A stretch of DNA of 64,000 nt. Source: Bacteroidota bacterium (GTDB taxonomy: Bacteria; Bacteroidota; Bacteroidia; Flavobacteriales; BACL11). The stretch's first letter is position 1. Each line of letters begins with the position of its first letter. Of this stretch, positions 8,932-17,593 are shown in pieces. Under the pieces are notes generated by a model. The model saw only the letters and a list, made by a program, of their open reading frames with translations. It was not told where the DNA came from and ran no database searches. Location of the stretch: assembly GCA_036339955.1 (NCBI GenBank), contig JAYYZX010000025.1:433-64432 (forward strand), in the 5' to 3' direction. A program made the position numbers and the translations under genes.

Positions 8932-9253
8932 TCTCCTCTCTTTTAATTTCTGATGATTCTTGTCTACCGTATTTCGATACTTTAGGAGGTTTTGTTGCTT
9001 TTTTCTGCTTAGCTTCTATTTCTTTTGCCTCTAAGGAAGAGGAAGATGTAGTAACTGATTTGGGAGATAAAAGCTGTAAATTGGTTTTTTTTACAACTAT
9101 TTCCTTACCATTAATAAGCTGTTTTTTATTGCTTGATTTTTGATAGATCCCGCTTTTCTTTTCTTCATTCAAAATCTGTGCATCTACAGATAAAGCAGAC
9201 ATAAAAAAACATAAACCAAGAAGAAAAGATACCCTAAAAACTATTCTTTTCAT
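8924..9253 (-). CDS. Small secreted Lys/Ser-rich protein of unknown function; overlaps the start of the downstream giant gene by 8 nt
   Basis: The ORF is 8924..9283. I prefer the internal start MKRIVFRVSFLLGLCFFMSALSVDAQ (ATG at 9253) because it gives a clean signal peptide. The mature part is low-complexity and K/S/E-rich. The stop overlaps the ATG of 3805..8931 (ATGAATAA). No family recognised. Confidence 0.5.
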   Translation of the reverse strand: MKRIVFRVSFLLGLCFFMSALSVDAQILNEEKKSGIYQKSSNKKQLINGKEIVVKKTNLQLLSPKSVTTSSSSLEAKEIEAKQKKATKPPKVSKYGRQESSEIKREENE

Positions 9254-9352
9254 AATTTCGTAATACTTACTAGTGTTGTGCAAATTACAAAAAATATATC
9301 AGTTTTTGTATATTTGTATCATCACAAGTTTTCAACTATTTTACGACAAAAA

Positions 9353-12300
9353 ATGAAAAAGTACTTAATAGGGGTTTTTAGCTTAATCATAATAAGTGCA
9401 ACAGCACAAAATCCAACTAATCTAGATACTAGTAGTGTTAATTCTAATAGTATTTTGCTTTCATGGACAAATAGTGGTTGTGGAACTTTTATCAAATTAA
9501 GGTATAAAGAAACAGGAGCCAGCGGATGGAGTTTTATTGGTTCAAACAGTAATCAAATAAGCTCTCCATATCTCTTAACTGGATTAACAACTAATACATC
9601 ATATGATTGGGGTGTAAAATGTAATGGTACAAACGGATGGTCAACCGGGCCTTCTTTTATAACATCATTAGGATGTAATATAAGCACAACAGTTAGTATT
9701 ACTGACGCTTCGTGCTCTAATACTTTGGATGGGAATGTTGATTTATCTGTTTCTGGTGGAGCAAATCCCTATTCGTATAGTTGGAGTAATGGAATCACAA
9801 CGCAAGATTTAACAAATGTTCTTGCAGGAACATATTATGTAACTGTCAATGATAATGTAGGCTGTACAATCAATGATACTGCTACTGTAGGATTTGCTGG
9901 TAATAAATCTGCTACACAAAATATAACTGCATTTGTAGATACTTCAACACCTAATTTTCCTGGTGTAGTAACAGGATACCATAAGTGGGCATATGACACT
10001 TTAACAATAGTAAATACAGGATGTGATGTTAATATTAGACCGGAATTTATTGTTTCTCACCAAGATTCAACAATCTCTCAAGGAGATTTTGTGTTAAAAT
10101 GGTGGAACCCAATATTAAATTTATGGGCTAATATTTTATATGACATAGATGCTAATGGGGATGCATATGGATTCTGGAATACAGCATCACTAGACTCAAC
10201 AGGTATAATGTTAAGCATAGGTTCAACTCAACAAATGGTTATACGAACAAAATTTGTCAATCCTGCTAATTATGGAACATATACAGCATCCTGGGAGACA
10301 TTTGAAGTAGATAACTTAGGAAATAAAATTGGATCATTAGCACCAGCAGATACAGTTACATTAAGCTTAGTGAACTGCTCTAATTTTAGTATTGATACTA
10401 TTTCTACAAGTCATGCAAGTTGTGTTGGGTCTAATGACGGATCTGCCAATTTTTCTATAAATAATGGATCTGGATCATACTTGCTATCTTGGAGTAACGG
10501 GAGTACAAATAGTAATACTATCTCAAATCTAACTGCTGGAACATATACCATTACAGCAACCGATATAAATTGGGGATGTTCGGACTCCATTACGTTTACA
10601 ATTACTCAGCCAGACAGTCTTAGTGCGGCTTTAAATGGCACAAACATTTCATGCTTTGGACTAAGTGATGGGGCATTATCTGTAGTGGCTAGTGGAGAAA
10701 GCGGAGTATATGCTTATGATTGGAACCCTACATCAATTTCTGGAACTAATCCAATAAATTTATCTATAGGAACTTATACTGTTACAGTAATTGATTTAAG
10801 CTGTGGCACTACTACTTCTAGAAGTTATACTATTACCGAACCTAGTATTTTAACTGCAAATTTAGATTCAAGTGCAAAAAACACCTCTTGTGACACAATA
10901 TGTAATGGAATGATTTCAATAAATATCTCTGGAGGGACCCTGCCATATTCTTACAGCTGGTCTAATGGTGATAGTCTAAGTGCAAGATATAATCTATGTG
11001 CAGATTTATATACAATTGTAACTAACGATGTAAACCTATGTAACTCTGACACGATCAGCTTATTAATTCAAGATAGCACTTCAGCTCCTTCTATTTCATT
11101 ATCAGCAGTAAATATAAGTTGTAATGGAGCAAATGATGGGCAAGCAACAGCAAGTATTGGAGGGGGTGGAAGTGGAAATATATCTACTCTCTCTTACTGT
11201 AATTCTGAACCTTGGTTTGATGATAAATGTAATATAGAATTAGTACATCTTGTAGGAGATGTAGATTCAATATATAATAACACTTCTGGATTGGCAGACA
11301 TGTATGAAGATTATACAAATCAATATACGTCATTAACTCCTGGACAATCCTATAGTATAGATATAATTATGGGAGTATATAATAATGTTCCTTTCTCAAA
11401 TTCATGGTTTGCAGGAGCAAAAGCTTTCATAGACTGGAATATTGATGGAGATTTTGATGATACTGGAGAAGATATTGGAACTATTTCAAACCAAGTAACA
11501 GCGAACTCTCCTCTTAACACCATCACTTTTACAGTGCCAAATCAAGTAACTTTTGGGCCGAGCCGTTTAAGAATAGTTTCTCAATATAATAATGATGCAT
11601 TTGGTCCTTGTGAAGTAGGTGGCGGAGCAACATTCTCTCAACCATATTATGGTGCTACGGAAGATTATTCATTAGTAATTACTGGTACAATACCTGCTAA
11701 CTACGCATGGTCAAATGGAGATACCACATCACAAATCACTAATCTACCCGCTGGTACTTATGTATGTACTGTTACAGATACAAATGGATGTTCTTCTATT
11801 GATAGTGTAACTATAACTGAGCCTACAGCTATAAGTACTATAGAAAACATATCTAATGTCTTATGTAATGGTGGAAATAGCGGTACAGTATCGTTAACAA
11901 TTAGTGGTGGGGCAGCTCCATATAATACAAATTGGGGAAGCGTTGATACAAATGCACTTATTGCAGGAACATATAGTTATACTATTACAGATTCAAATGG
12001 ATGTATATATAATGATAGTATTAATCTGACTGAACCATTAGCAATATCAAACATCGTTACAACAACAAACGTGAGTTGTGCAAATGGGAATGATGGTAGT
12101 ATAGATATAACACTCTCTGGAGGGATAACCCCATATACTTTTATCTGGAGTAATGGAGATACAACAGAAGATATTTCTGCTATATATGCAGGATGGTATA
12201 CTGTAACAATTACAGACGCTAACGGCTGTTCTCTATTAGATAGCATCAATATTTCAGAACCTAATATTTTAACCACATCGAATACAACAACATCTGTAAG

Positions 12301-15300
12301 TTGTAATGGTTTAAGTGATGGCTCTACAACTATTAATATTAACGGAGGAACAGTAGATTATACAATCTCAGCATTAAATCAAACACTAACGCTAGTTGGG
12401 GGAATATCTACATATTCTATAGCTGCTATTCCTGCTGGAAATTACCCATATACGATAACAGATGCTAATAATTGTACTGTAACAGATACTGTGACAATAG
12501 TACAACCTAATCCAATATCTACTATAGCTAATATAACAAATGTCTTATGTAATGGTGGAAATAGCGGTACAGCATCTTTAAATATTATTGGAGGAACACC
12601 GTCGTATAATACAAACTGGGGGAATATTGATACAAATGCTCTTTCTGCAGGAATATATAACTATATGATTACAGATGCAAATGGATGTAGTTATACTGAT
12701 AGTATATCAATTACAGAACCACTACCTATTACTTCTACATTTACAACAACAGATGTAGCTTGTTATGGAGATAGTACAGGGGGTGCGACAGTCATATTTA
12801 ACGGAGGAGTAACAGATTATTTGCTGAGCTGGCAAAACTTTACATATCCTTTAATTAATGGAACTAACATCTTTATAACACCAGTTGGAGTGCCTGCAGG
12901 AGTATATCCATATGGAGTAACAGATGCTAATGGATGTACACACTTTGATACTATAACTATTAATCAAGCAAGCCTTATAACTGCTAATAAAAATATTACC
13001 GATGCTTTATGTTATGGAGATTCTAGTGGATCTGTGAACTTGACTATTACAGGAGGAACTGCTCCTTATACAGAACAGTGGAGTGGTGTTAATCCATCAA
13101 GCTTAAGTGCAGGTACATACATTTATACGATAACTGATACTAATGGGTGTATATTAACAGATTCAGTCTCAATTAATGAGCCAACCCCTTTAAATACTCA
13201 GATGAATGTTACAAATTTATCCTCATGTATAACCTTTGACGGAAGTGTCGATTTATCTGTTTCAGGTGGAGTCCCTCCTTATTCTTACCTATGGAACAAT
13301 GGTGACACAATAGAAGATATTAATAATTTATCTGCCGGAATATATATAGTGAACATAACTGATAGTAATGGATGTCTAATAACAGATACTGCATATGTAA
13401 CTCAACCTTCAAACAATTTATCCCTTTCATTGATAGAGTCAAATTATAATGGATATAATATTACATGTAATGGAGAAAATAATGGACAAATATTAGCAAA
13501 TGTAAGTGGTGGAACAGGGAACATCACATACCTATGGTCTACTAATGACACGATAAATGTTATAACAAATCTGTCATCTGGAAGTTATAGCATTACAATT
13601 ACTGATTCTATAGGGTGTTCTCTTACTGATAGTACAATTTTAGATGAGCCATTACCTATTACCTCTATATTTACAACAACAGATGTAACTTGTTATGGAG
13701 ATAGCACAGGCAGTGCGACAGTCATATTTAACGGAGGAGTAACAGATTATTTGCTGAGCTGGCAAAACTTTACATATCCTTTAATTAATGGAACTAATAT
13801 CTTTATAACACCCGTTGGGGTGCCTGCGGGAGTTTATCCATATGGAGTCACAGATATAAATGGATGTACTCATTTTGATACTATAACAATTAATCAAGCC
13901 GACAGTTTATACACGACATTAATTCTTTCTAATTATAATGGTTACAATATATCATGTAACGGAGCAAATGACGGAAGTGTAGAAATACATGTAAATGGGG
14001 GGATCTATCCCTATGAAATTTATTATGATAATAATCTAATCTCAACAAATGACTCAATTATAAATATACCATTTTTAACCAGCGGCATATATTTAGATTC
14101 TATTATTGATAATAATGGGTGTATATTTACTGAACAAATTATTTTAAGTGAACCTTCTCCCCTTAGCATAAATTTAATAGGAACTCATGCCTCATGTGCA
14201 TTCTCATGTGATGGAGAAATTATAACACAAGTTACAGGAGGTGTAATCCCGTACACATATTATTTAGACACACTTAATATTAATGATACTCTTAATGGAT
14301 TATGTGTAGGTATGTATAGTATAAGTATTATAGATAATAACGGATGTGTAATTATAGATAGTAATTTTATCAATCAGCCTTCTGCTATTATTATTAATTT
14401 AGATTCCATAATAGACGTAAGTATCTATGGTGGAAATGATGGAGAAATATATATTTCTTCATATGGAGGATCTGGAAATTTAAATTACAACTGGACTGGT
14501 CCTAATAATTATACAAATACTAGTAATAATATTTTTAATTTAACAGCTGGCACATATATATTAGAAGTGACAGATTCAACTGGATGTAATGTAACTGATA
14601 CTTTTTATGTGACTCAGCCACCTTCATTAACTGCAGAATTAGATAGTATTATACATCTGAGATGTAATTCGATATGTAATGGGGAGATATTTATTACTCC
14701 AAGTGGAGGCGATTCTATATATTCCTTCTTTTGGGTAGGCCCAAATGGATATACTTCTATAAGTGAAGATATTGACAGTTTATGTGCTGGAATATATACA
14801 CTCTTCCTATCTGATACAACCTATACTCTAACTTTTATTTTTGAAGTTTTAGAACCGACACCAATAACAACAATAATAGCATCAGATAGTGCAAGTTGCT
14901 ATGGTGGGAACGGTTCTGCAACTGTATATATGTATGGGGGGATATATCCTTATGAAATATTATGGAGTAATGGATCTGTAAATCCAACAACAGTCCTGCC
15001 TGCAGGAGCACATTATGTGAGAGTTACTGATGACAATGGATGTGAAGCAGTAGATTCTGTTGTAATATTTGAGCCTGATTCTTTAATACTCTCAGTAACT
15101 ACAATTCCTATTAGCTGTTATGGACTTCAAGATGGAGAAGTTACAATATCAATTAGTGGAGGAGGAATTGCTCCATTTGAATACTCCTCAAATAATGGGC
15201 AAACATATCAATTGAATAATACATTTTATAATTTATCACCAGGTCCTCATTCCTTTATTGTAAAAGATATAAATGGATGTGTGAATGACATACATGTAAC

Positions 15301-15997
15301 ACTAACTCAACCTCAAGAATTAATAGTTACAATATCAACAAATGACGCATCTTGTTATGGAGTATGTGATGGTCTTGCAAACTCAAATATCAGTGGAGGG
15401 AATACACCGTATACGGAAGATTGGTTAGGTTTTAATCCTAATAGTTTATGTGCAGGATTCTACACAATGCTAGTAACAGATAATAATGGATGTAACACAT
15501 CTACTTCATTTACAATTAATCAGCCAAATCCTGTAACAGTAAATATTTGGCAGCAAGGCAGTTATTTAGAGGCTGACCCAGGATTTGTTTCGTATCAATG
15601 GTTAGATTCTCAAGGAGCACCAATAATAGGAGGAAATTCAGTATTATATACTCCTTTAACATCCGGAGAATATAGTGTAATGGTAACTGACATAAATGGA
15701 TGTACAGGAACCTCTACCTCTATTTTATTTATCATGACTGGAGATTCTGAAAATAATATTAACTTAAATATTTATCCAAATCCAACATCTGGAAAATTGT
15801 ATGTTGAAAGCACAAGAACACTACAAAGAATAAGCATATTACATATAAATGGGAGTCTTGTTTATGAAGTAATGAATCCTGGACAGATTAAATCTCCTTA
15901 TTTAGAATTTGATATTTCAAAATATTCAAAAGGAATTTATTTTATTCAAATCGAAATTGATAATAAGTTAATAAATGAACGAATTATACTTCAATAA
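9353..15997 (+). CDS. Giant SprB-repeat surface adhesin-like protein with type-A T9SS sorting domain
   Basis: The ORF is 9278..15997. The likely start is the ATG at 9353 (MKKYLIGVFSLIIISATAQ signal peptide). It has an N-terminal FN3-like segment and about 21 copies, by my count, of the ~70-80-aa SprB-type repeat (C.G..DG......GG..PY.Y.WSNG......L.AG.Y.V.V.D.NGC). A GEVED-like domain is nested in repeat 5. The C-terminal tail is LNIYPNPTSGKLYVES...KGIYFIQIEIDNKLINERIILQ. Confidence 0.9.
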   Translation: MKKYLIGVFSLIIISATAQNPTNLDTSSVNSNSILLSWTNSGCGTFIKLRYKETGASGWSFIGSNSNQISSPYLLTGLTTNTSYDWGVKCNGTNGWSTGPSFITSLGCNISTTVSITDASCSNTLDGNVDLSVSGGANPYSYSWSNGITTQDLTNVLAGTYYVTVNDNVGCTINDTATVGFAGNKSATQNITAFVDTSTPNFPGVVTGYHKWAYDTLTIVNTGCDVNIRPEFIVSHQDSTISQGDFVLKWWNPILNLWANILYDIDANGDAYGFWNTASLDSTGIMLSIGSTQQMVIRTKFVNPANYGTYTASWETFEVDNLGNKIGSLAPADTVTLSLVNCSNFSIDTISTSHASCVGSNDGSANFSINNGSGSYLLSWSNGSTNSNTISNLTAGTYTITATDINWGCSDSITFTITQPDSLSAALNGTNISCFGLSDGALSVVASGESGVYAYDWNPTSISGTNPINLSIGTYTVTVIDLSCGTTTSRSYTITEPSILTANLDSSAKNTSCDTICNGMISINISGGTLPYSYSWSNGDSLSARYNLCADLYTIVTNDVNLCNSDTISLLIQDSTSAPSISLSAVNISCNGANDGQATASIGGGGSGNISTLSYCNSEPWFDDKCNIELVHLVGDVDSIYNNTSGLADMYEDYTNQYTSLTPGQSYSIDIIMGVYNNVPFSNSWFAGAKAFIDWNIDGDFDDTGEDIGTISNQVTANSPLNTITFTVPNQVTFGPSRLRIVSQYNNDAFGPCEVGGGATFSQPYYGATEDYSLVITGTIPANYAWSNGDTTSQITNLPAGTYVCTVTDTNGCSSIDSVTITEPTAISTIENISNVLCNGGNSGTVSLTISGGAAPYNTNWGSVDTNALIAGTYSYTITDSNGCIYNDSINLTEPLAISNIVTTTNVSCANGNDGSIDITLSGGITPYTFIWSNGDTTEDISAIYAGWYTVTITDANGCSLLDSINISEPNILTTSNTTTSVSCNGLSDGSTTININGGTVDYTISALNQTLTLVGGISTYSIAAIPAGNYPYTITDANNCTVTDTVTIVQPNPISTIANITNVLCNGGNSGTASLNIIGGTPSYNTNWGNIDTNALSAGIYNYMITDANGCSYTDSISITEPLPITSTFTTTDVACYGDSTGGATVIFNGGVTDYLLSWQNFTYPLINGTNIFITPVGVPAGVYPYGVTDANGCTHFDTITINQASLITANKNITDALCYGDSSGSVNLTITGGTAPYTEQWSGVNPSSLSAGTYIYTITDTNGCILTDSVSINEPTPLNTQMNVTNLSSCITFDGSVDLSVSGGVPPYSYLWNNGDTIEDINNLSAGIYIVNITDSNGCLITDTAYVTQPSNNLSLSLIESNYNGYNITCNGENNGQILANVSGGTGNITYLWSTNDTINVITNLSSGSYSITITDSIGCSLTDSTILDEPLPITSIFTTTDVTCYGDSTGSATVIFNGGVTDYLLSWQNFTYPLINGTNIFITPVGVPAGVYPYGVTDINGCTHFDTITINQADSLYTTLILSNYNGYNISCNGANDGSVEIHVNGGIYPYEIYYDNNLISTNDSIINIPFLTSGIYLDSIIDNNGCIFTEQIILSEPSPLSINLIGTHASCAFSCDGEIITQVTGGVIPYTYYLDTLNINDTLNGLCVGMYSISIIDNNGCVIIDSNFINQPSAIIINLDSIIDVSIYGGNDGEIYISSYGGSGNLNYNWTGPNNYTNTSNNIFNLTAGTYILEVTDSTGCNVTDTFYVTQPPSLTAELDSIIHLRCNSICNGEIFITPSGGDSIYSFFWVGPNGYTSISEDIDSLCAGIYTLFLSDTTYTLTFIFEVLEPTPITTIIASDSASCYGGNGSATVYMYGGIYPYEILWSNGSVNPTTVLPAGAHYVRVTDDNGCEAVDSVVIFEPDSLILSVTTIPISCYGLQDGEVTISISGGGIAPFEYSSNNGQTYQLNNTFYNLSPGPHSFIVKDINGCVNDIHVTLTQPQELIVTISTNDASCYGVCDGLANSNISGGNTPYTEDWLGFNPNSLCAGFYTMLVTDNNGCNTSTSFTINQPNPVTVNIWQQGSYLEADPGFVSYQWLDSQGAPIIGGNSVLYTPLTSGEYSVMVTDINGCTGTSTSILFIMTGDSENNINLNIYPNPTSGKLYVESTRTLQRISILHINGSLVYEVMNPGQIKSPYLEFDISKYSKGIYFIQIEIDNKLINERIILQ
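12721..12960 (+). repeat. SprB-repeat unit duplicated 930 nt downstream (partner 13651..13890)
   Basis: I counted 18 mismatches in 240 aligned nt. Protein: FTTTDV[AT]CYGDSTG[GS]ATVIFNGGVTDYLLSWQNFTYPLINGTNIFITPVGVPAGVYPYGVTD[AI]NGCTHFDTITINQA. Confidence 0.85.
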
Positions 15998-16024
15998 AAA
16001 TTTATAAATTGCAACAAAAATTAT

Positions 16025-16387
16025 ATGGCAAAAAAAATCTCTTTAGTTCTTAGTTTTTTATTAGCAGTTTGTTTGACTTCTATCGATAATGTTTCTGCAA
16101 CAGTATATGACTCATCATCAGTAGATCTGACTCCTTTTAATTGGGCGCCAATATCAAATATAGAAAACATTATATTCCAGCATGAAAACCAAAAAGGATT
16201 AACAAAACGTACAATTGATCAAGTAAAAATTGGACATGAACATTATAATTCTGGAATTAATAGTATACAAAATAAAGATTATACAGCAGCAATTAATGAA
16301 TTAAGAAATGCCCTTAAAAAATATAAAAGAGCAAAATTAAATGATCATAGCCTTAATTATGTCCGCTTAAATCTTGCATTATCATAG
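16025..16387 (+). CDS. N-terminal fragment of the split gene (signal peptide + first TPR-like helix pair)
   Basis: MAKKISLVLSFLLAVCLTSIDNVSA is a signal peptide. It ends ...LNYVRLNLALS followed by TAG. Confidence 0.6.
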   Translation: MAKKISLVLSFLLAVCLTSIDNVSATVYDSSSVDLTPFNWAPISNIENIIFQHENQKGLTKRTIDQVKIGHEHYNSGINSIQNKDYTAAINELRNALKKYKRAKLNDHSLNYVRLNLALS

Positions 16388-16645
16388 ATAAGTAGAAATA
16401 AAAAGAGAGACAAAATATTATCTCAAAGATTTCTCAAATTATTAACTAAAAAGATATATAAGGAAGAAGGATGGAGATATAATATTGCTATAACACATTA
16501 TTTACTGGAAAATAATGAAGAAGCTATCGGTCTGCTAAATTCTTGTATAAAAATTGATAAGACAGACTTTCAGGCTTATGTTACTTTAGAAGCTTTATAT
16601 AGAAATTCTGGGGATACAAAAAATGCAAATAAAGTTGCTGACCGA

Positions 16646-17593
16646 ATGAGAAGAATGCAAGAGAAACTAGTAAAAAAACCAAAATCTACTAAAAAGAAAA
16701 AGAAGGTAAGCACTCAAATAGTAAGTGTGCCAACAGGAAAGAAACCAGACATAACTACTCTAAATATAATTAAAAAAGCTGATCACTTAAAATTCAACAA
16801 AACAAGTAAAATCAATGAACGTAATACATTAGATATTAACTCAGGAATTAGTTCGTATAATGAAGGTGTAAGAGCATTAAGTAATAGAAATTACCAAATA
16901 GCAAAAACTAAACTGATAGAAGCTGAAAAAAAATTAAAAAGAGGACAGCTTGAAGATCATGGTCTGAATTTTACAAGAGCAAATCTAGCTATTGCATGCC
17001 TTAGTCTTGGAGATAAAAGAGGTGTTGGGCAGGCTAAAAGATATTTAAGAAATATTACTTCAAAAATATATAACTCTCGTGAATGGGCTTACAATATGGC
17101 CGTCACTAATTACGATTATTCACAACGAGTAACTGGAGTACAGCAAGATATGTCTACTAAGGAGGCTATTCGGCTATTCAACCTAACCATTAAATTAGAT
17201 AAGTTATTTCTTCCTGCATATGAGAATCTGATTTTTGTATATAAACAACTAGGGGAGATTAATAAAGTAGAAAAAACATTCAAAGCATATGAAAAAAGTA
17301 GAACTGAGCTAATGAAATCATTTTCTAAACAAGATCAGAAATTATCAGGATTAAAAGAACCATATATCTTCCGAGTAAATTTAGGTACTTTTAGTGAATT
17401 TAATACTCCTATAGAAATATTTGAAGAAAAACATTTAATTACTGTTCCTGTTAATAATGCAGAAACCTCATATATTGGAGGAATTTTTTACAATTTAGAG
17501 CAAGCAATAGCATATCAAAAGAAAATGAAAAAACAAGGATTCAGTTCTTCATTTGTAGTTGCTTTCAAAAATGGTGAAAAATTAGAGTTCTAG
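16646..17593 (+). CDS. C-terminal fragment of the split gene (Lys-rich linker, TPR-like module, SPOR-like peptidoglycan-binding domain)
   Basis: No signal peptide of its own. The C-terminus YIFRVNLGTFSEFNTPIEIFEE...YIGGIFYNLEQAIAYQKKMKKQGFSSSFVVAFKNGEKLEF fits the SPOR pattern (Y.V.LG.F.....A.........G....V). Confidence 0.6.
   Translation: MRRMQEKLVKKPKSTKKKKKVSTQIVSVPTGKKPDITTLNIIKKADHLKFNKTSKINERNTLDINSGISSYNEGVRALSNRNYQIAKTKLIEAEKKLKRGQLEDHGLNFTRANLAIACLSLGDKRGVGQAKRYLRNITSKIYNSREWAYNMAVTNYDYSQRVTGVQQDMSTKEAIRLFNLTIKLDKLFLPAYENLIFVYKQLGEINKVEKTFKAYEKSRTELMKSFSKQDQKLSGLKEPYIFRVNLGTFSEFNTPIEIFEEKHLITVPVNNAETSYIGGIFYNLEQAIAYQKKMKKQGFSSSFVVAFKNGEKLEF

Larger units (their letters stand above)
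16025..17593 (+). pseudogene. Signal peptide + tandem TPR-like modules + C-terminal SPOR-like domain gene, interrupted by a single in-frame TAG at 16385-16387
   Basis: 16025..16387 and 16646..17593 are in the same frame (offset 621 = 3 x 207). My translation of 16388..16645 has no further stop. Sequence on both sides of the TAG aligns to the second internal copy of the module. See the finding for details. Confidence 0.55.

Noticed and set aside
8932-8945. AGGAG Shine-Dalgarno-like sequence (GAGAGGAGA) just upstream of the giant gene ATG at 8931
   Set aside because: It lies within the coding sequence of the overlapping small ORF (encoding ..REEN..). Bacteroidota generally do not rely on SD pairing, so I cannot separate signal from coding coincidence.
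9278-9352. N-terminal 25-codon extension of the SprB-repeat ORF (MQITKNISVFVYLYHHKFSTILRQK)
   Set aside because: It is not signal-peptide-like, whereas the next Met (9353) starts a canonical signal peptide. The extension also contains a TAnnTTTG-like box (TATATTTG, 9309-9316) that is better read as promoter sequence, though I rate that box itself as weak because there is no -33 element at proper spacing.
16385-16387. TAG reassignment or an alternative genetic code as the explanation for the in-frame stop
   Set aside because: TAG terminates other well-supported ORFs in the window, including this gene's own end at 17591-17593. No other gene shows an internal TAG.
17590-17593. Convergent genes whose stop codons overlap in the palindrome CTAG, leaving no room for a terminator
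   Set aside because: This is real in the sequence but probably just compact genome organisation. I see no hairpin in the flanking coding sequence and no basis for a functional claim.
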